The notes beneath the pieces are model-generated. The model made no database searches. It was not told the DNA's origin and saw only the letters and a program-made list of their open reading frames with translations. A program made the position numbers and the translations under genes. A stretch of 64,000 bases of DNA from Actinomycetota bacterium (lineage in GTDB: Bacteria; Actinomycetota; Geothermincolia; Fen-727; Anoxymicrobiaceae): the NCBI GenBank assembly GCA_043807425.1, contig JAZDFZ010000079.1:4301-68300 (forward strand). Direction: 5' to 3'. Below, piece after piece: positions 29,746 to 41,490 of the stretch; positions within the stretch are counted from its first letter, which is position 1; every line of letters starts with the position of its first letter.

Positions 29746-30873
29746 ATGAGAGTAGATCGCTGCACGGTACTCAAGGCACTGGCCCTTGCGGCACTCCTGG
29801 CAGTCGTTCTCTCCCTCTCCGGATGCTCGTGGTTCGGTTCCGGGAAGAAGGCGGAGAAGAAGCCCGCGGCGGCGGCGAAGGTGCCCGCTCTGGTCACCTG
29901 CCCCCTCTGCGGCTCGGCCGTCACGGACACCGGCGCGATCATGCAGAGGCCGTGCGCGGTCAAGGTCGAGAACGACCCGGCGGCCCGCCCCCAGTCGGGC
30001 CTGGACAGGGCGTGCATAGTGTACGAGGAGGTGACCGAGGGGGGCATCACGCGTTTCATGGCTGTCTTTCTCTGCAGGAGCGCCGAAGAGGTCGGCCCGG
30101 TGCGCAGCGCGCGTCCCGCGGACATAGAGCTCGCCTTCCCGTTCAACCCCCTGTTCTGCCACTGCGGGGGAGGGCCGCAGACGCTCTCCCTGCTCGAGCG
30201 GTCCGGCATCTGCGACCTGGACGAGATGGCCTGGACGGGAGCCTACTGGCGCTCCTCGGACAGGCGCGCCCCCCACAACCTCTACAGCGCGACGGCGAGG
30301 CTGCGGCAAGCGGGCAACGGGGCCTACCCCTGGGAGGGAGAGGTGACCTCTCCGCTCTCCTTCCTGGACCAGGCCGGGGTTGAGAAGCTGCTCGACGCCA
30401 GGGTCACTGAGCTGGCCCGGATGCAGGCGGCCGCATCCTCCCCCGGAAAGCGGTCCACGCCGAAGCTGGCGATCATTAACGGCGTGAACGTACCGTATGA
30501 CCCGACCTGTGTGGTGCGCTGGCAGTACGATCCTGCGAGCGGCCGGTTCCTGCGCTTCGTGGCGGGCAAGCCACATACGGACAGGGCGACCGGCGCCCAG
30601 CTCGCGGCCGACACGGTCGTACTGCAGTACGTGACCGAGAGCCCGAGCGGCGTGGTCGACGTGAACGGCGTGGACTCCCCGGACCTGGGAGTGCTGGGCT
30701 TCGGCAGGGCCCAGGTCTTCATGGGCGGGCAGCTCATCGACGCGAACTGGGAGAAGAACACCCGCGAGGAGCACACGCGCTACACGGACAACTACGGCAA
30801 GGTCATCGACCTCAAGCCGGGCAGCATCTGGATCGAGCTCGTCCCGGCCGACCGCCAGGCTACCCTGGACTGA
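29746..30873 (+). CDS. DUF3048-domain lipoprotein
   Basis: Lipobox LSLSGCSW. The segment PCAVKVENDPAARPQSGLDRACIVYEEVTEGGITRFMAVF matches the DUF3048 N-domain pattern. Confidence 0.8.
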   Translation: MRVDRCTVLKALALAALLAVVLSLSGCSWFGSGKKAEKKPAAAAKVPALVTCPLCGSAVTDTGAIMQRPCAVKVENDPAARPQSGLDRACIVYEEVTEGGITRFMAVFLCRSAEEVGPVRSARPADIELAFPFNPLFCHCGGGPQTLSLLERSGICDLDEMAWTGAYWRSSDRRAPHNLYSATARLRQAGNGAYPWEGEVTSPLSFLDQAGVEKLLDARVTELARMQAAASSPGKRSTPKLAIINGVNVPYDPTCVVRWQYDPASGRFLRFVAGKPHTDRATGAQLAADTVVLQYVTESPSGVVDVNGVDSPDLGVLGFGRAQVFMGGQLIDANWEKNTREEHTRYTDNYGKVIDLKPGSIWIELVPADRQATLD

Positions 30874-30874
30874 G

Positions 30875-30893
30875 CCCGGCCTCTCAGGCCGGG
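30875..30893 (+). terminator. GC-rich hairpin immediately after the DUF3048 gene stop
   Basis: CCCGGCC-TCTCA-GGCCGGG, starting 2 nt after the TGA. There is no clear U-tract, so function as a terminator is tentative. Confidence 0.35.
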
Positions 30894-31011
30894 AGTGATC
30901 GGCCGTGCTCACGCGGGGCTGAGAGCCCCACATCAAGGATAAGGCTGATTTGCGGGGCGTGCACCGTAGCGTTATGATGAAATCAATCCCCTACGAGGAG
31001 TGATATAGACC

Positions 31012-31893
31012 GTGGAAAAAGGTACCGACACTGTCAAGAGAGGCCTCGCCGAGATGCTCAAGGGCGGGGTAATAATGGACGTGACGAACGCCGAGCAGGC
31101 CCGGATCGCCGAGGATGCCGGGGCCGTCGCCGTGATGGCGCTGGAGCGGGTTCCCGCCGATATCAGGGCGGCTGGGGGCGTGGCACGCATGGCGGATCCC
31201 GTAGTCATCCAGGCGATCATGGAGTCGGTGACCGTCCCCGTGATGGCCAAGTGCCGTATCGGGCACTTCGTCGAGGCCCAGGTGCTCGAAGCCATGGGTG
31301 TCGACTACGTCGACGAGAGTGAGGTGCTTACCCCGGCCGACGAGGCGTACCACGTGGACAAGTGGAAGTTCGCCGTGCCGTTCGTGTGCGGCGCGATAAA
31401 CCTGGGAGAGGCGTTGCGGCGCATCGGAGAAGGCGCGGCGATGATACGCACCAAGGGCGAGGCCGGCACCGGCAACGTCGTCGAGGCGGTACGGCACATG
31501 CGCACCATCACCTCCGAGGTGGCGCGCCTGACCACGCTGGGCGACGAGGAGTTGATGGGCGCCGCCAAGGAGCTGCGCGCCCCCTACGAGCTGGTCAGGG
31601 AAGTCGCCTCGACGGGCAAGCTCCCAGTGGTCAATTTCTCCGCCGGCGGCATCGCCACGCCCACCGACGCCGCCATGATGATGCAGCTCGGCGCGGACGG
31701 CGTGTTCGTGGGCTCCGGCATCTTCAAGAGCGAGGACCCGGCGGGGCGCGCGCACGCGATAGTCCAGGCGACGACCCACTTCCGCGACGCCGGGCTGATC
31801 GGGGAGGTCTCCCGCGGGATAGGCGAGGCCATGAAGGGCCTGGAGATAGCCGAGATCGGGAAGGAGAACCTCATACAGTACCGTGGATGGTAA
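31012..31893 (+). CDS. pdxS: Pyridoxal 5'-phosphate synthase lyase subunit PdxS
   Basis: [45 protein letters not shown] is almost invariant PdxS sequence. GTG start. Confidence 0.97.
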   Translation: MEKGTDTVKRGLAEMLKGGVIMDVTNAEQARIAEDAGAVAVMALERVPADIRAAGGVARMADPVVIQAIMESVTVPVMAKCRIGHFVEAQVLEAMGVDYVDESEVLTPADEAYHVDKWKFAVPFVCGAINLGEALRRIGEGAAMIRTKGEAGTGNVVEAVRHMRTITSEVARLTTLGDEELMGAAKELRAPYELVREVASTGKLPVVNFSAGGIATPTDAAMMMQLGADGVFVGSGIFKSEDPAGRAHAIVQATTHFRDAGLIGEVSRGIGEAMKGLEIAEIGKENLIQYRGW

Positions 31894-32503
31894 CGGGCTG
31901 ACGGTTGGTGTCCTCGCACTGCAGGGCGCGGTACGCGAGCACCTCCGGATGATCGAGGAGTGCGGGGCCCGGGGGGTCGGCATCAAGCGACCAGCCGGGC
32001 TCGATGACGTAGATGGGCTGATCATACCCGGAGGAGAAAGCACCGCCATTGGAAAACTAATCAGTGAGTACGGCTTCGCCGACCCGATCCGCCGGATGGG
32101 GATGTCCGGTCTTCCGATATTCGGGACGTGCGCGGGGCTCATCCTGCTCTCGCGCGACGTGGTGGGCGCCCACGGGCCCCTTATCGGGCTGGCGGATGTG
32201 ACCGTGGAGCGCAACGCCTTCGGGCGCCAGGTCGATTCCTTCGAGGCCGACCTGGAGGTGTCAGGGATCGAGGACGAGGAGCGCCCCTACCACGCGGTGT
32301 TCATAAGGGCGCCCATAATGGAGGCGGTCGGCGCCGGGGTCACGGTCATGGCGCGCCTCGGCGAGGGGGCCGTGCTGGCGAGGGAAGGAAACCTGCTGCT
32401 GGGGGCGTTCCATCCGGAGCTTACCTCCGACCTCAGGGTGCACAGGTTCTTCCTGGACATGGTCGCGGAAGCCGTGCGGGGCGCGCGGCATGGAGGTCGG
32501 TGA
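31883..32503 (+). CDS. pdxT: Pyridoxal 5'-phosphate synthase glutaminase subunit PdxT
   Basis: [13 protein letters not shown], the GGESTA motif and the GTCAG nucleophile elbow. Overlaps the pdxS end. Confidence 0.95.
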   Translation: MDGNGLTVGVLALQGAVREHLRMIEECGARGVGIKRPAGLDDVDGLIIPGGESTAIGKLISEYGFADPIRRMGMSGLPIFGTCAGLILLSRDVVGAHGPLIGLADVTVERNAFGRQVDSFEADLEVSGIEDEERPYHAVFIRAPIMEAVGAGVTVMARLGEGAVLAREGNLLLGAFHPELTSDLRVHRFFLDMVAEAVRGARHGGR

Positions 32504-33264
32504 TGTCTGGTCATTCCAAGTGGCACTCGATAAAGCACAAGAAGGGCAAGGAGGACGCCAAGCGCGGCCAGCTCTTCAGCAAGCTCTCACAGAAGATCAC
32601 GGTCGCCGCGCGCGAAGGCGGGGGCAACCTGGAAGCCAACCCCACCCTGGCCTCGGCGGTGGAGACGGCCCGCTCCTACAGCATGCCCATGGACAACATC
32701 AAGCGCGCGATCGCCAAGGGCACCGGAGAGCTCGCCGGCGGCCAGCTCGAGCACATGTCGTTCGAGGGGTACGGCGAGGCCGGCGTCGCGCTGCTGGTGG
32801 AGGTCGTCACAGACAACCGCAACCGGGCCGCGAGCGAGGTACGCCGCGCCTTCACCAGGGCCGGGGCGCACCTCGGCGAGACGGGCTCGGTCGCCTGGAT
32901 ATTCGAGAAGAAAGGGGTCTTCCTGGTTCCGCAGGACCCCGCCCACAACGAGGAGGAGCTGCTGGAGATAGCCCTGGAGGCGGGAGCCGACGACCTCGAG
33001 GCCGAGGGCGACTACTGGGAGATCGTCTGCGACGTGGAGCACTTCGGCTCCGTGCGCGACGGCCTCAAGACCGCGGGCGTCGAGATAGAGAACTCCGAGC
33101 TCACCATGTTCCCCAGGAACACGATCCGGCTCGATCGCGATTCGGCCCGCAAGGTGCTCAAGCTCATTGAGGCCCTGGAGGACCTCACCGACGTGACCGA
33201 TGTCTACGCGAACTTCGACATCCCCGACGAGGTGCTCGAAGAGGAGGCGGCCTCGCTCGATTGA
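32503..33264 (+). CDS. yebC: YebC/PmpR-family transcriptional regulator
   Basis: [22 protein letters not shown] is the canonical N-terminus. ATGA-type overlap with the pdxT stop. The tracked ORF from 32128 overlaps pdxT out of frame. Confidence 0.95.
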   Translation: MSGHSKWHSIKHKKGKEDAKRGQLFSKLSQKITVAAREGGGNLEANPTLASAVETARSYSMPMDNIKRAIAKGTGELAGGQLEHMSFEGYGEAGVALLVEVVTDNRNRAASEVRRAFTRAGAHLGETGSVAWIFEKKGVFLVPQDPAHNEEELLEIALEAGADDLEAEGDYWEIVCDVEHFGSVRDGLKTAGVEIENSELTMFPRNTIRLDRDSARKVLKLIEALEDLTDVTDVYANFDIPDEVLEEEAASLD

Positions 33265-33310
33265 AAGTCCATGACGCGCCCAGGACCGCGACGGCGCCGG
33301 AGGCCTCGCC

Positions 33311-33802
33311 ATGAAGGTGCTCGGCATCGACCCGGGTATCAGCAACACGGGATACGGCCTGGTAGAGGAGGCCGCCAGGCGGCTGTCCGCGCTTGCCAGC
33401 GGCACCATCAAGACCGCTCCGTGCGACGAGATGGTGGTACGCCTGGACATCCTGTACCGCGGCGTCGCCGAGGTCGTGGAGCGGCTGGCCCCCGACGCGG
33501 TGGTGCTGGAGGAGCTGTTCTTCAACACCAACCAGAAGTCGGTGATGGCGGTGGGCCAGGCGCGCGGGGTCATCCTGCTCGCCTGCGGGCACGCGGGAGT
33601 CACCGTGGCGGAGTACACTCCTCTCCAGGTGAAGCAGACGGTGACGGGCAACGGCAACGCCAGGAAGGAGCAGGTCCGCTACATGGTCGGCGCGCTGCTC
33701 GGTACGCGCGACCTGCCGTCGTCCCTGCACGAGTGCGACGCCCTGGCCATGGCCATCTGCCACCTCCACTCCAGGCGCATGGCCGGACTCACGGGCGGGT
33801 AA
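33311..33802 (+). CDS. ruvC: Holliday junction resolvase RuvC
   Basis: MKVLGIDPGISNTGYGLVE..., a length of 163 aa and the C-terminal DALAMAICH motif. Confidence 0.95.
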   Translation: MKVLGIDPGISNTGYGLVEEAARRLSALASGTIKTAPCDEMVVRLDILYRGVAEVVERLAPDAVVLEELFFNTNQKSVMAVGQARGVILLACGHAGVTVAEYTPLQVKQTVTGNGNARKEQVRYMVGALLGTRDLPSSLHECDALAMAICHLHSRRMAGLTGG

Positions 33803-33805
33803 GAG

Positions 33806-34393
33806 ATGATCTCCTACATCGAGGGAACGTTGATAGAGAGGGGAGCCGACCACCTGGTGGTCAGCGTCGGCGGCGTGGGATTCGAGGTGAAGGCCCCCGC
33901 CGGGACGGTCGACAAGGCGCCCGAGGTGGGCGGCAAGATCTCCCTGTTCACCCACCTGCACGTGCGTCAGGACGTTCTCGCGCTCTACGGGTTCGAGTCG
34001 CCCCGCGCCCGCGACCTATTCGTCAAGCTGATGTCGGTGAGCGGGTTCGGCTCGCAGAAGGCGCTCTCCGTGCTCTCGATCTTCTCTCCTGACGGTTTCA
34101 TCAAGGTCGTCCAGGCCGGCGACGCGGACGCTCTCACCATCATCCCCGGGGTCGGAAGGAAAGGCGCCGAGCGCCTGATACTGGAGATGAAGGACAAGGT
34201 CGAGCCCGCGGGAGAGGACCTGGCGGGGATCCCCGTGGGAGGCCTGCAGCCGTTCCAGGAGGCGGCCGAGGCGCTGGTGCAGCTCGGGTACTCCAGGAGT
34301 GAGGCCCACGCCGCGCTCAAGGGCTTCCCGTCGCCCGACGAGGGGACCACGGTGGAGGAGATGCTGCAGTGGGCTCTGAAGAGCGCGAGGTAG
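33806..34393 (+). CDS. ruvA: Holliday junction branch migration complex subunit RuvA
   Basis: MISYIEGTL...GVGFEV OB domain and the HhH motifs ([10 protein letters not shown]; [12 protein letters not shown]). Confidence 0.95.
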   Translation: MISYIEGTLIERGADHLVVSVGGVGFEVKAPAGTVDKAPEVGGKISLFTHLHVRQDVLALYGFESPRARDLFVKLMSVSGFGSQKALSVLSIFSPDGFIKVVQAGDADALTIIPGVGRKGAERLILEMKDKVEPAGEDLAGIPVGGLQPFQEAAEALVQLGYSRSEAHAALKGFPSPDEGTTVEEMLQWALKSAR

Positions 34394-34403
34394 GGGAGGT
34401 GCC

Positions 34404-35429
34404 GTGACCGAGGTCGAAGGGGGACTGACCTCCGGGGCGTTGCTGCCCGAGGAGCGCGTGCTCGACCTCACCCTCAGGCCGAAGACGCTCTCGGAGTTCA
34501 TCGGGCAGGAGAGGTACAAGAAGCAGCTCCGGGTGTTCATCGAGGCCGCCCGACAGCGAGCCGACGTCCTGGACCACGTACTGCTGTCCGGACCGCCGGG
34601 CCTGGGCAAGACCACGCTCGCGAACATCATCGCCAACGAGCTGGGCGTCAGCACGCGACCCACCAGCGGCCCCGCCCTCGAGCGCCAGGCCGACCTGGCG
34701 GCAGTGCTGACCAACCTGGACGTCGGCGACGTCCTCTTCATCGACGAGATACACAGGCTGCCCCGCGTGGTGGAGGAGATACTCTACCCCGCGATGGAGG
34801 ACTTCAAGATAGACATAGTCATAGGAAAGGGGCCCGGCGCGCGCTCGGTCAGGCTGGAGCTGGCGCGCTTCACCCTGATAGGCGCGACGACGAGGGTGGG
34901 CCTCATGTCGGCACCGCTGCTCACACGGTTCGGCGTCATATGCCGGCTCGACTACTACCCGGTGGACGAGATGGAGCTGATAGTGACCAGGGCGGCGGGA
35001 ATGCTCGAGATCGAGTTGGACCTCGAAGGCTGCCACGAGATAGCGCGCCGTTCCCGGGGCACACCCAGGGTCGCCAACCGGTTGCTGAGGCGGGTCAGGG
35101 ACTTCGCGGAGGTGGAGGCCGATCGCGTCATAACCGGCGAGGTGGCCCGCGACGCGATGCGCATGCTCCAGGTGGACGAGGTGGGACTGGACGTGCTGGA
35201 CCAGGCGGTGCTGGCCGCGATCATCGATAAGTTCTCCGGCGGGCCGGTGGGCCTGAAGACCCTGGCCGCCGCTGTCGGGGAGGAGCCCGACACGCTGGAG
35301 GAGGTGTACGAGCCCTACCTCATGCAGATCGGCTTCCTGGAGCGCACCTCCCGCGGGAGGGTCGCCACGCCTGGCGCCTTCAAGCACATGGGACGCGAGC
35401 CTTCCCCCGACGGCGGAAAGCTGTTCTGA
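34404..35429 (+). CDS. ruvB: Holliday junction branch migration DNA helicase RuvB
   Basis: [13 protein letters not shown], Walker [12 protein letters not shown], Walker B FIDEIHRL and the sensor [16 protein letters not shown]. Confidence 0.97.
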   Translation: MTEVEGGLTSGALLPEERVLDLTLRPKTLSEFIGQERYKKQLRVFIEAARQRADVLDHVLLSGPPGLGKTTLANIIANELGVSTRPTSGPALERQADLAAVLTNLDVGDVLFIDEIHRLPRVVEEILYPAMEDFKIDIVIGKGPGARSVRLELARFTLIGATTRVGLMSAPLLTRFGVICRLDYYPVDEMELIVTRAAGMLEIELDLEGCHEIARRSRGTPRVANRLLRRVRDFAEVEADRVITGEVARDAMRMLQVDEVGLDVLDQAVLAAIIDKFSGGPVGLKTLAAAVGEEPDTLEEVYEPYLMQIGFLERTSRGRVATPGAFKHMGREPSPDGGKLF

Positions 35430-35431
35430 CG

Positions 35432-35991
35432 ATGAAAATACTGTTGCATACCTGTTGCGCCCCGTGCCTCATCCATCCGCTCGAGGTCCTCACCGGGCGC
35501 GGTTACGAGGTGGTCCCGTTTTTCTACAACCCCAACGTCCACCCCTGGCGCGAGTACCGCGAGCGCTACCTGGCGGTCGCTGCGTTCTGCGAGGAGAGGG
35601 GGCTGCGACTGCGCACCGGCCCCTACGAGATGGAGCGTTTCCTGGCGGAGGTCTCGCCCCTGGAGGCGGGCGCGGTGGGGGAGGGCGAGGTCCGCTGCGA
35701 GCGATGCTTCGCCATGAGGCTGTCCGCCGCGGCGGCCGAGGCGCGCCGCATTGGCGCGGCCGAGTTCACCACGACCCTGCTGGTGAGCCCGCATCAGGAC
35801 CGGCGGCTCATAGGCCGGGCCGGCGAGCACGCCTCGCTCAAGCACGGCGTGCTTTTCCTGTGCGAGGACATGAGCGCGGGTTACGGGGACTCGGTCGAGG
35901 CCTCGCGCGCCGCGGGCATGTACCGTCAGTCGTACTGCGGCTGCGTCTACAGCGAGAAGGAGCGGTACCAGAAAGGCGATCCCCCGCCGCG

Positions 35992-35995
<4 letters not shown>
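35432..35995 (+). CDS. queH: Epoxyqueuosine reductase QueH (DUF208)
   Basis: LLHTCCAPC, NPNVHP, CERCFAMR, TTLLVSPHQ and YRQSYCGCVYS are the QueH cysteine/His signature blocks. Confidence 0.88.
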
Positions 35996-38161
<2,166 letters not shown>

Positions 38162-38162
38162 C

Positions 38163-38181
38163 AAAGGAACGCGCTTCCTTT
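38163..38181 (+). terminator. Intrinsic-terminator-like hairpin after tgt
   Basis: AAAGGAA-CGCGC-TTCCTTT followed by ATCATT. A second 14-bp hairpin with one mismatch lies at 38196-38227 (CCCCGCTCCATCAG-TACG-CTGATGAAGCGGGG). Confidence 0.5.
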
Positions 38182-38277
38182 ATCATTACGTGTGTCCCCG
38201 CTCCATCAGTACGCTGATGAAGCGGGGCACCGAAAGACTGGCAAGGAGCCGGTCTATCTCTTTAAGGAAGGTGTTAC

Positions 38278-38763
38278 ATGGGTTTCGTGTACATGCTGCT
38301 GGCAAACCCGGCGGTTTTCGCCCAGGCCAAGCAGACCACGCAGAAGACGAGCGGTCTCCAGCAGTACGGGATCTTCATCATCATCGGTGTGATGCTGCTG
38401 GTCTTCTACTTCCTGATCATCGTCCCCCAGCGCAAGCGCGCCCGCGAGACGGAGAGCCTCCTGTCCAAGATCCAGGTCGGCGACGAGGTGGTCACCATCG
38501 GCGGTATCCACGGCACGGTAACCGAGCTGATGGAGGACAAGGTCGTCATCGAGGTGGACGAGGGCGTCAGCCTGACGTTCAGCCGCGCCGCCATATCGCG
38601 TAACACGACCGTTCACGAGGAGCCCGCCGAGGAGGAAGAGGCCGAGGCGGAGGAACCCGACGAGGGGACGGAGGAGGAGCCCGCAGGGGATCCCGAGGAG
38701 ACCGATTCCTCCCCTGAGGAGGAGGCCGGGGATCCCGAGGGAGACGAGCAGGGCGACAAGTGA
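38278..38763 (+). CDS. yajC: Preprotein translocase subunit YajC with acidic C-terminal extension
   Basis: TM helix plus the YajC core (PQRKRARE....IQVGDEVVTIGGIHGTV). An approximately 55-aa Glu/Asp/Pro-rich tail follows. Confidence 0.9.
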   Translation: MGFVYMLLANPAVFAQAKQTTQKTSGLQQYGIFIIIGVMLLVFYFLIIVPQRKRARETESLLSKIQVGDEVVTIGGIHGTVTELMEDKVVIEVDEGVSLTFSRAAISRNTTVHEEPAEEEEAEAEEPDEGTEEEPAGDPEETDSSPEEEAGDPEGDEQGDK

Positions 38764-38842
38764 GCCGGAACCCGCTGAGCCGCCCGCGGCGTCTAACAGC
38801 GGGCGGACGCCCTGGATGACCATCTGAGACGGAAAAGGTCCA

Positions 38843-40216
38843 ATGAGCAAGAACACCAAGAACTGGATATCCATCGGAGTGGTGGCGCTGATACTGGTCG
38901 CGCTGTACGCCGCCACCTTCGCCTTCGACTTGAAGCCCCGCCTGGGACTGGACCTGCAGGGAGGGGTGAGCCTCGTCTACGAGGCCGTGGGCAAGACGGT
39001 GGACGCCCAGGTGCTGGCCAAGACCGTGGAGAAGATCAGGAGCCGCGTCGACAGCCTGGGGGTATCCGAGCCGGATATCACCACCCAGGGCTCTCGCAAC
39101 GTCATCGTACAGCTGCCCGGAATAAGCGACCCGGAGCGGGCGAAGGCCCTGGTCGGTCAGACCGCTCAGCTCCAGTTCCGGCTGGTGCAGGAGTCCAAGA
39201 ACGAGGCGGACGCCAAGAAAGACCCCGCCTGGGCCGAGACCACGGGAGAGGCACTCAAGCCTGACGCCGTGGTCGTACTCCCGCTCGGGGAAGGCAAGGA
39301 CAAGGCCTACCTGAAGCTCGGACCGACGCTCCTTACCGGCGACGCCCTTAAGAAGGCCCAGGTCGCCTTCGACAACGACGGTACCCCCAAGGTGGGCTTC
39401 GAGATGAACAGCGAGGGCGCCGGCAAGTTCAAGGACATCACCACCAACAACAAGGATAAGCAGCTCGCCATAGTGCTCGACTACAAGGTCGAGTCGGCGC
39501 CCAACATCAACGAGCCGATCACCGACGGCAGCGGCGAGATAACCGGTAAGTTCACGGACAAGGAGGCCAAGGATCTGGCTATCGTGCTGAACATCGGGGC
39601 CCTGCCCGTCGAGTTGAAGCTGCTGACCGAGCAGGACGTGACCGCGAGCCTCGGAAAGGACTCCCTCGACAAGGCGCTGCTGGCGGGTGTGATCGGGCTG
39701 ATAATAGTCGCGATCTACATGCTGCTCTTCTACCGCGCCCTCGGCCTGGTAACCGTGACGGGCCTGGGGGTCTTCGGCCTCATGATGTACGGTACCATCT
39801 GCGTGCTGGGGGAGTTCTGGAGCCTGACCATCGCCGGGATCGCCGGTATTATCGTCGCCATCGGCATCGCCGCGGACTCGTACGTGGTCTACTTCGAGCG
39901 TCTGAAAGAGGACATCAGCGCCGGGCGCACCATGCGCTCCAGCGCCGACAGCGCGTACAAGTCGGCGTTCAGGACCATCGTGGCTGCCGATACCGTGAGC
40001 TTCGCCGCGGCTGCCATCCTCTACCTGTTCGCGGTGGGCTCGGTCAGGGGCTTCGCCCTGACCCTGGGCATAGCCACCGTGTTCGACGTGTTCATCTCCT
40101 ACTTCTTCACCAGGCCGACCGTCTCCCTGCTCTCCAACCTGAAGGTGTTCAACAAGCCCTGGATAGTCGGCGCGGGATCGACCGTCGAGAGCCCGGCCGG
40201 GGGTGACGCCCGGTGA
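38843..40216 (+). CDS. secD: Protein translocase subunit SecD
   Basis: LGLDLQGGVSLVYE and the periplasmic P1 domain. The C-terminal 6-TM RND-like bundle carries IAADSYVVYFER. Confidence 0.95.
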   Translation: MSKNTKNWISIGVVALILVALYAATFAFDLKPRLGLDLQGGVSLVYEAVGKTVDAQVLAKTVEKIRSRVDSLGVSEPDITTQGSRNVIVQLPGISDPERAKALVGQTAQLQFRLVQESKNEADAKKDPAWAETTGEALKPDAVVVLPLGEGKDKAYLKLGPTLLTGDALKKAQVAFDNDGTPKVGFEMNSEGAGKFKDITTNNKDKQLAIVLDYKVESAPNINEPITDGSGEITGKFTDKEAKDLAIVLNIGALPVELKLLTEQDVTASLGKDSLDKALLAGVIGLIIVAIYMLLFYRALGLVTVTGLGVFGLMMYGTICVLGEFWSLTIAGIAGIIVAIGIAADSYVVYFERLKEDISAGRTMRSSADSAYKSAFRTIVAADTVSFAAAAILYLFAVGSVRGFALTLGIATVFDVFISYFFTRPTVSLLSNLKVFNKPWIVGAGSTVESPAGGDAR

Positions 40217-41490
40217 AGAATATCTTCAGGAAGAGGCCGTACTTCAACATAATAGGCCACAAGTACGTCTGGTTCGCGATCTCGATCGTTATCGTCATCG
40301 TGGCGGCGATCGCGCTCTTCACCAGGGGCCTCGACTGGGGCATCGACTTCACGGGCGGCACCGAGCTGGACGTCCGGATGAAGCCGGGCACCAGTATCGC
40401 CGACGTCCGCTCGGCGATCGGAGAGCTCGGCTACTCGACGGCGCAGATACAGTCGTCCGGGAAGGACACCTTCATCATCAGGGTCCCCAAGCTCGACGAC
40501 GCGAAGAAGAAAGCCCTGGAGGAGGGCCTCAAGGCGGACGGCATGGAGGAGGTGCTGGGCGTCAACGACGTCGGGCCGGGGTGGGGCGCCCAGGTGAGCC
40601 GGCAGGCTGTCATCGCGGTGATAGTGTTCCTGTTCGCCATCCTCATCTATATATCATTCCGGTTCGAGTTCAAGATGGCGATCACCGCCATCATCGAGGT
40701 GTTCCACGACCTCATCATCACGGTGGGGGTCTATGCCCTGGTGGGCTGGGTGGTGACGCCCGCCACGGTCATAGCCGTGCTGACCATCCTCGGTTACTCG
40801 CTGTACGACAGCATCGTCATCTTCGACCGCGTGAAGGAGAACGCCGACCAGCTCACGCGGCAGAGCAAGAAGACCTACTCGCAGATGGTCAACGACTCCA
40901 TCAACCAGGTGCTGGTGCGCTCAATCAACACCTCGCTGACCACCCTGGTCCCAATCGTGTGCATAATGTTCTTCGGCGGTGAGACCTTGAAGAACTTCGC
41001 CTTCGCCCTCTTCGTGGGTGTGCTCTCCGGGACCTACTCGAGCATAATCCTGGGGCCCCCTATCCTGGCCACCTGGAAGGAGACGGAGCCCAAGTACAAG
41101 GCGTTCCGGGAGCGCGCGGAGGTCCGCGAGGGACGCGAGCGCAGGGTCGCGACGCCCCAGGCCCCGAAGGCGAAGCCGGCGACCACGCCTGCTGCGAAGC
41201 CGGCCGGGCCGGCTGCCGCTCAGGCTGGAAAAGCCCGGGCCGCCCGGCCCTCGGCGGGGAAGCCCGCCGGCGCGAAGGCACCCTCGAAACCCGGACCGAA
41301 GCCGAAACCGGCGGCGGAGCCGATCGAGCGGGAGGCGGGGACCGCGGCGGGAGCCGAGCCCGTGGAGCCGGGACCCAAGCCGAAGCCCAGGCCCAAGCCG
41401 GCGGCGGCGAAGGCGCCCACGACCAAGGCACAGGCCAAGTCCCGGACCAAGGGCCCCGGAAGCGGAAAGAAGAAAAAGAAGAAGCGATGA
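40213..41490 (+). CDS. secF: Protein translocase subunit SecF with basic Pro/Ala/Lys-rich C-terminal extension
   Basis: The SecF core (GIDFTGGTELDV ... YSLYDSIVIFDRVKEN) ends near aa 300. An approximately 125-aa PAK-rich tail follows and ends in GKKKKKKR. Overlaps the secD stop and the rel start. Confidence 0.93.
   Translation: MKNIFRKRPYFNIIGHKYVWFAISIVIVIVAAIALFTRGLDWGIDFTGGTELDVRMKPGTSIADVRSAIGELGYSTAQIQSSGKDTFIIRVPKLDDAKKKALEEGLKADGMEEVLGVNDVGPGWGAQVSRQAVIAVIVFLFAILIYISFRFEFKMAITAIIEVFHDLIITVGVYALVGWVVTPATVIAVLTILGYSLYDSIVIFDRVKENADQLTRQSKKTYSQMVNDSINQVLVRSINTSLTTLVPIVCIMFFGGETLKNFAFALFVGVLSGTYSSIILGPPILATWKETEPKYKAFRERAEVREGRERRVATPQAPKAKPATTPAAKPAGPAAAQAGKARAARPSAGKPAGAKAPSKPGPKPKPAAEPIEREAGTAAGAEPVEPGPKPKPRPKPAAAKAPTTKAQAKSRTKGPGSGKKKKKKR

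Noticed and set aside
41466-41490. The Lys-codon run (AAG AAG AAA AAG AAG AAG) at the secF end as a programmed frameshift or slippery site linking secF and rel.
   Set aside because: It lies at the very end of the ORF, directly before the stop. rel has its own ATG that overlaps the stop (ATGA) and gives a canonical N-terminus. No extended alternative frame is created.
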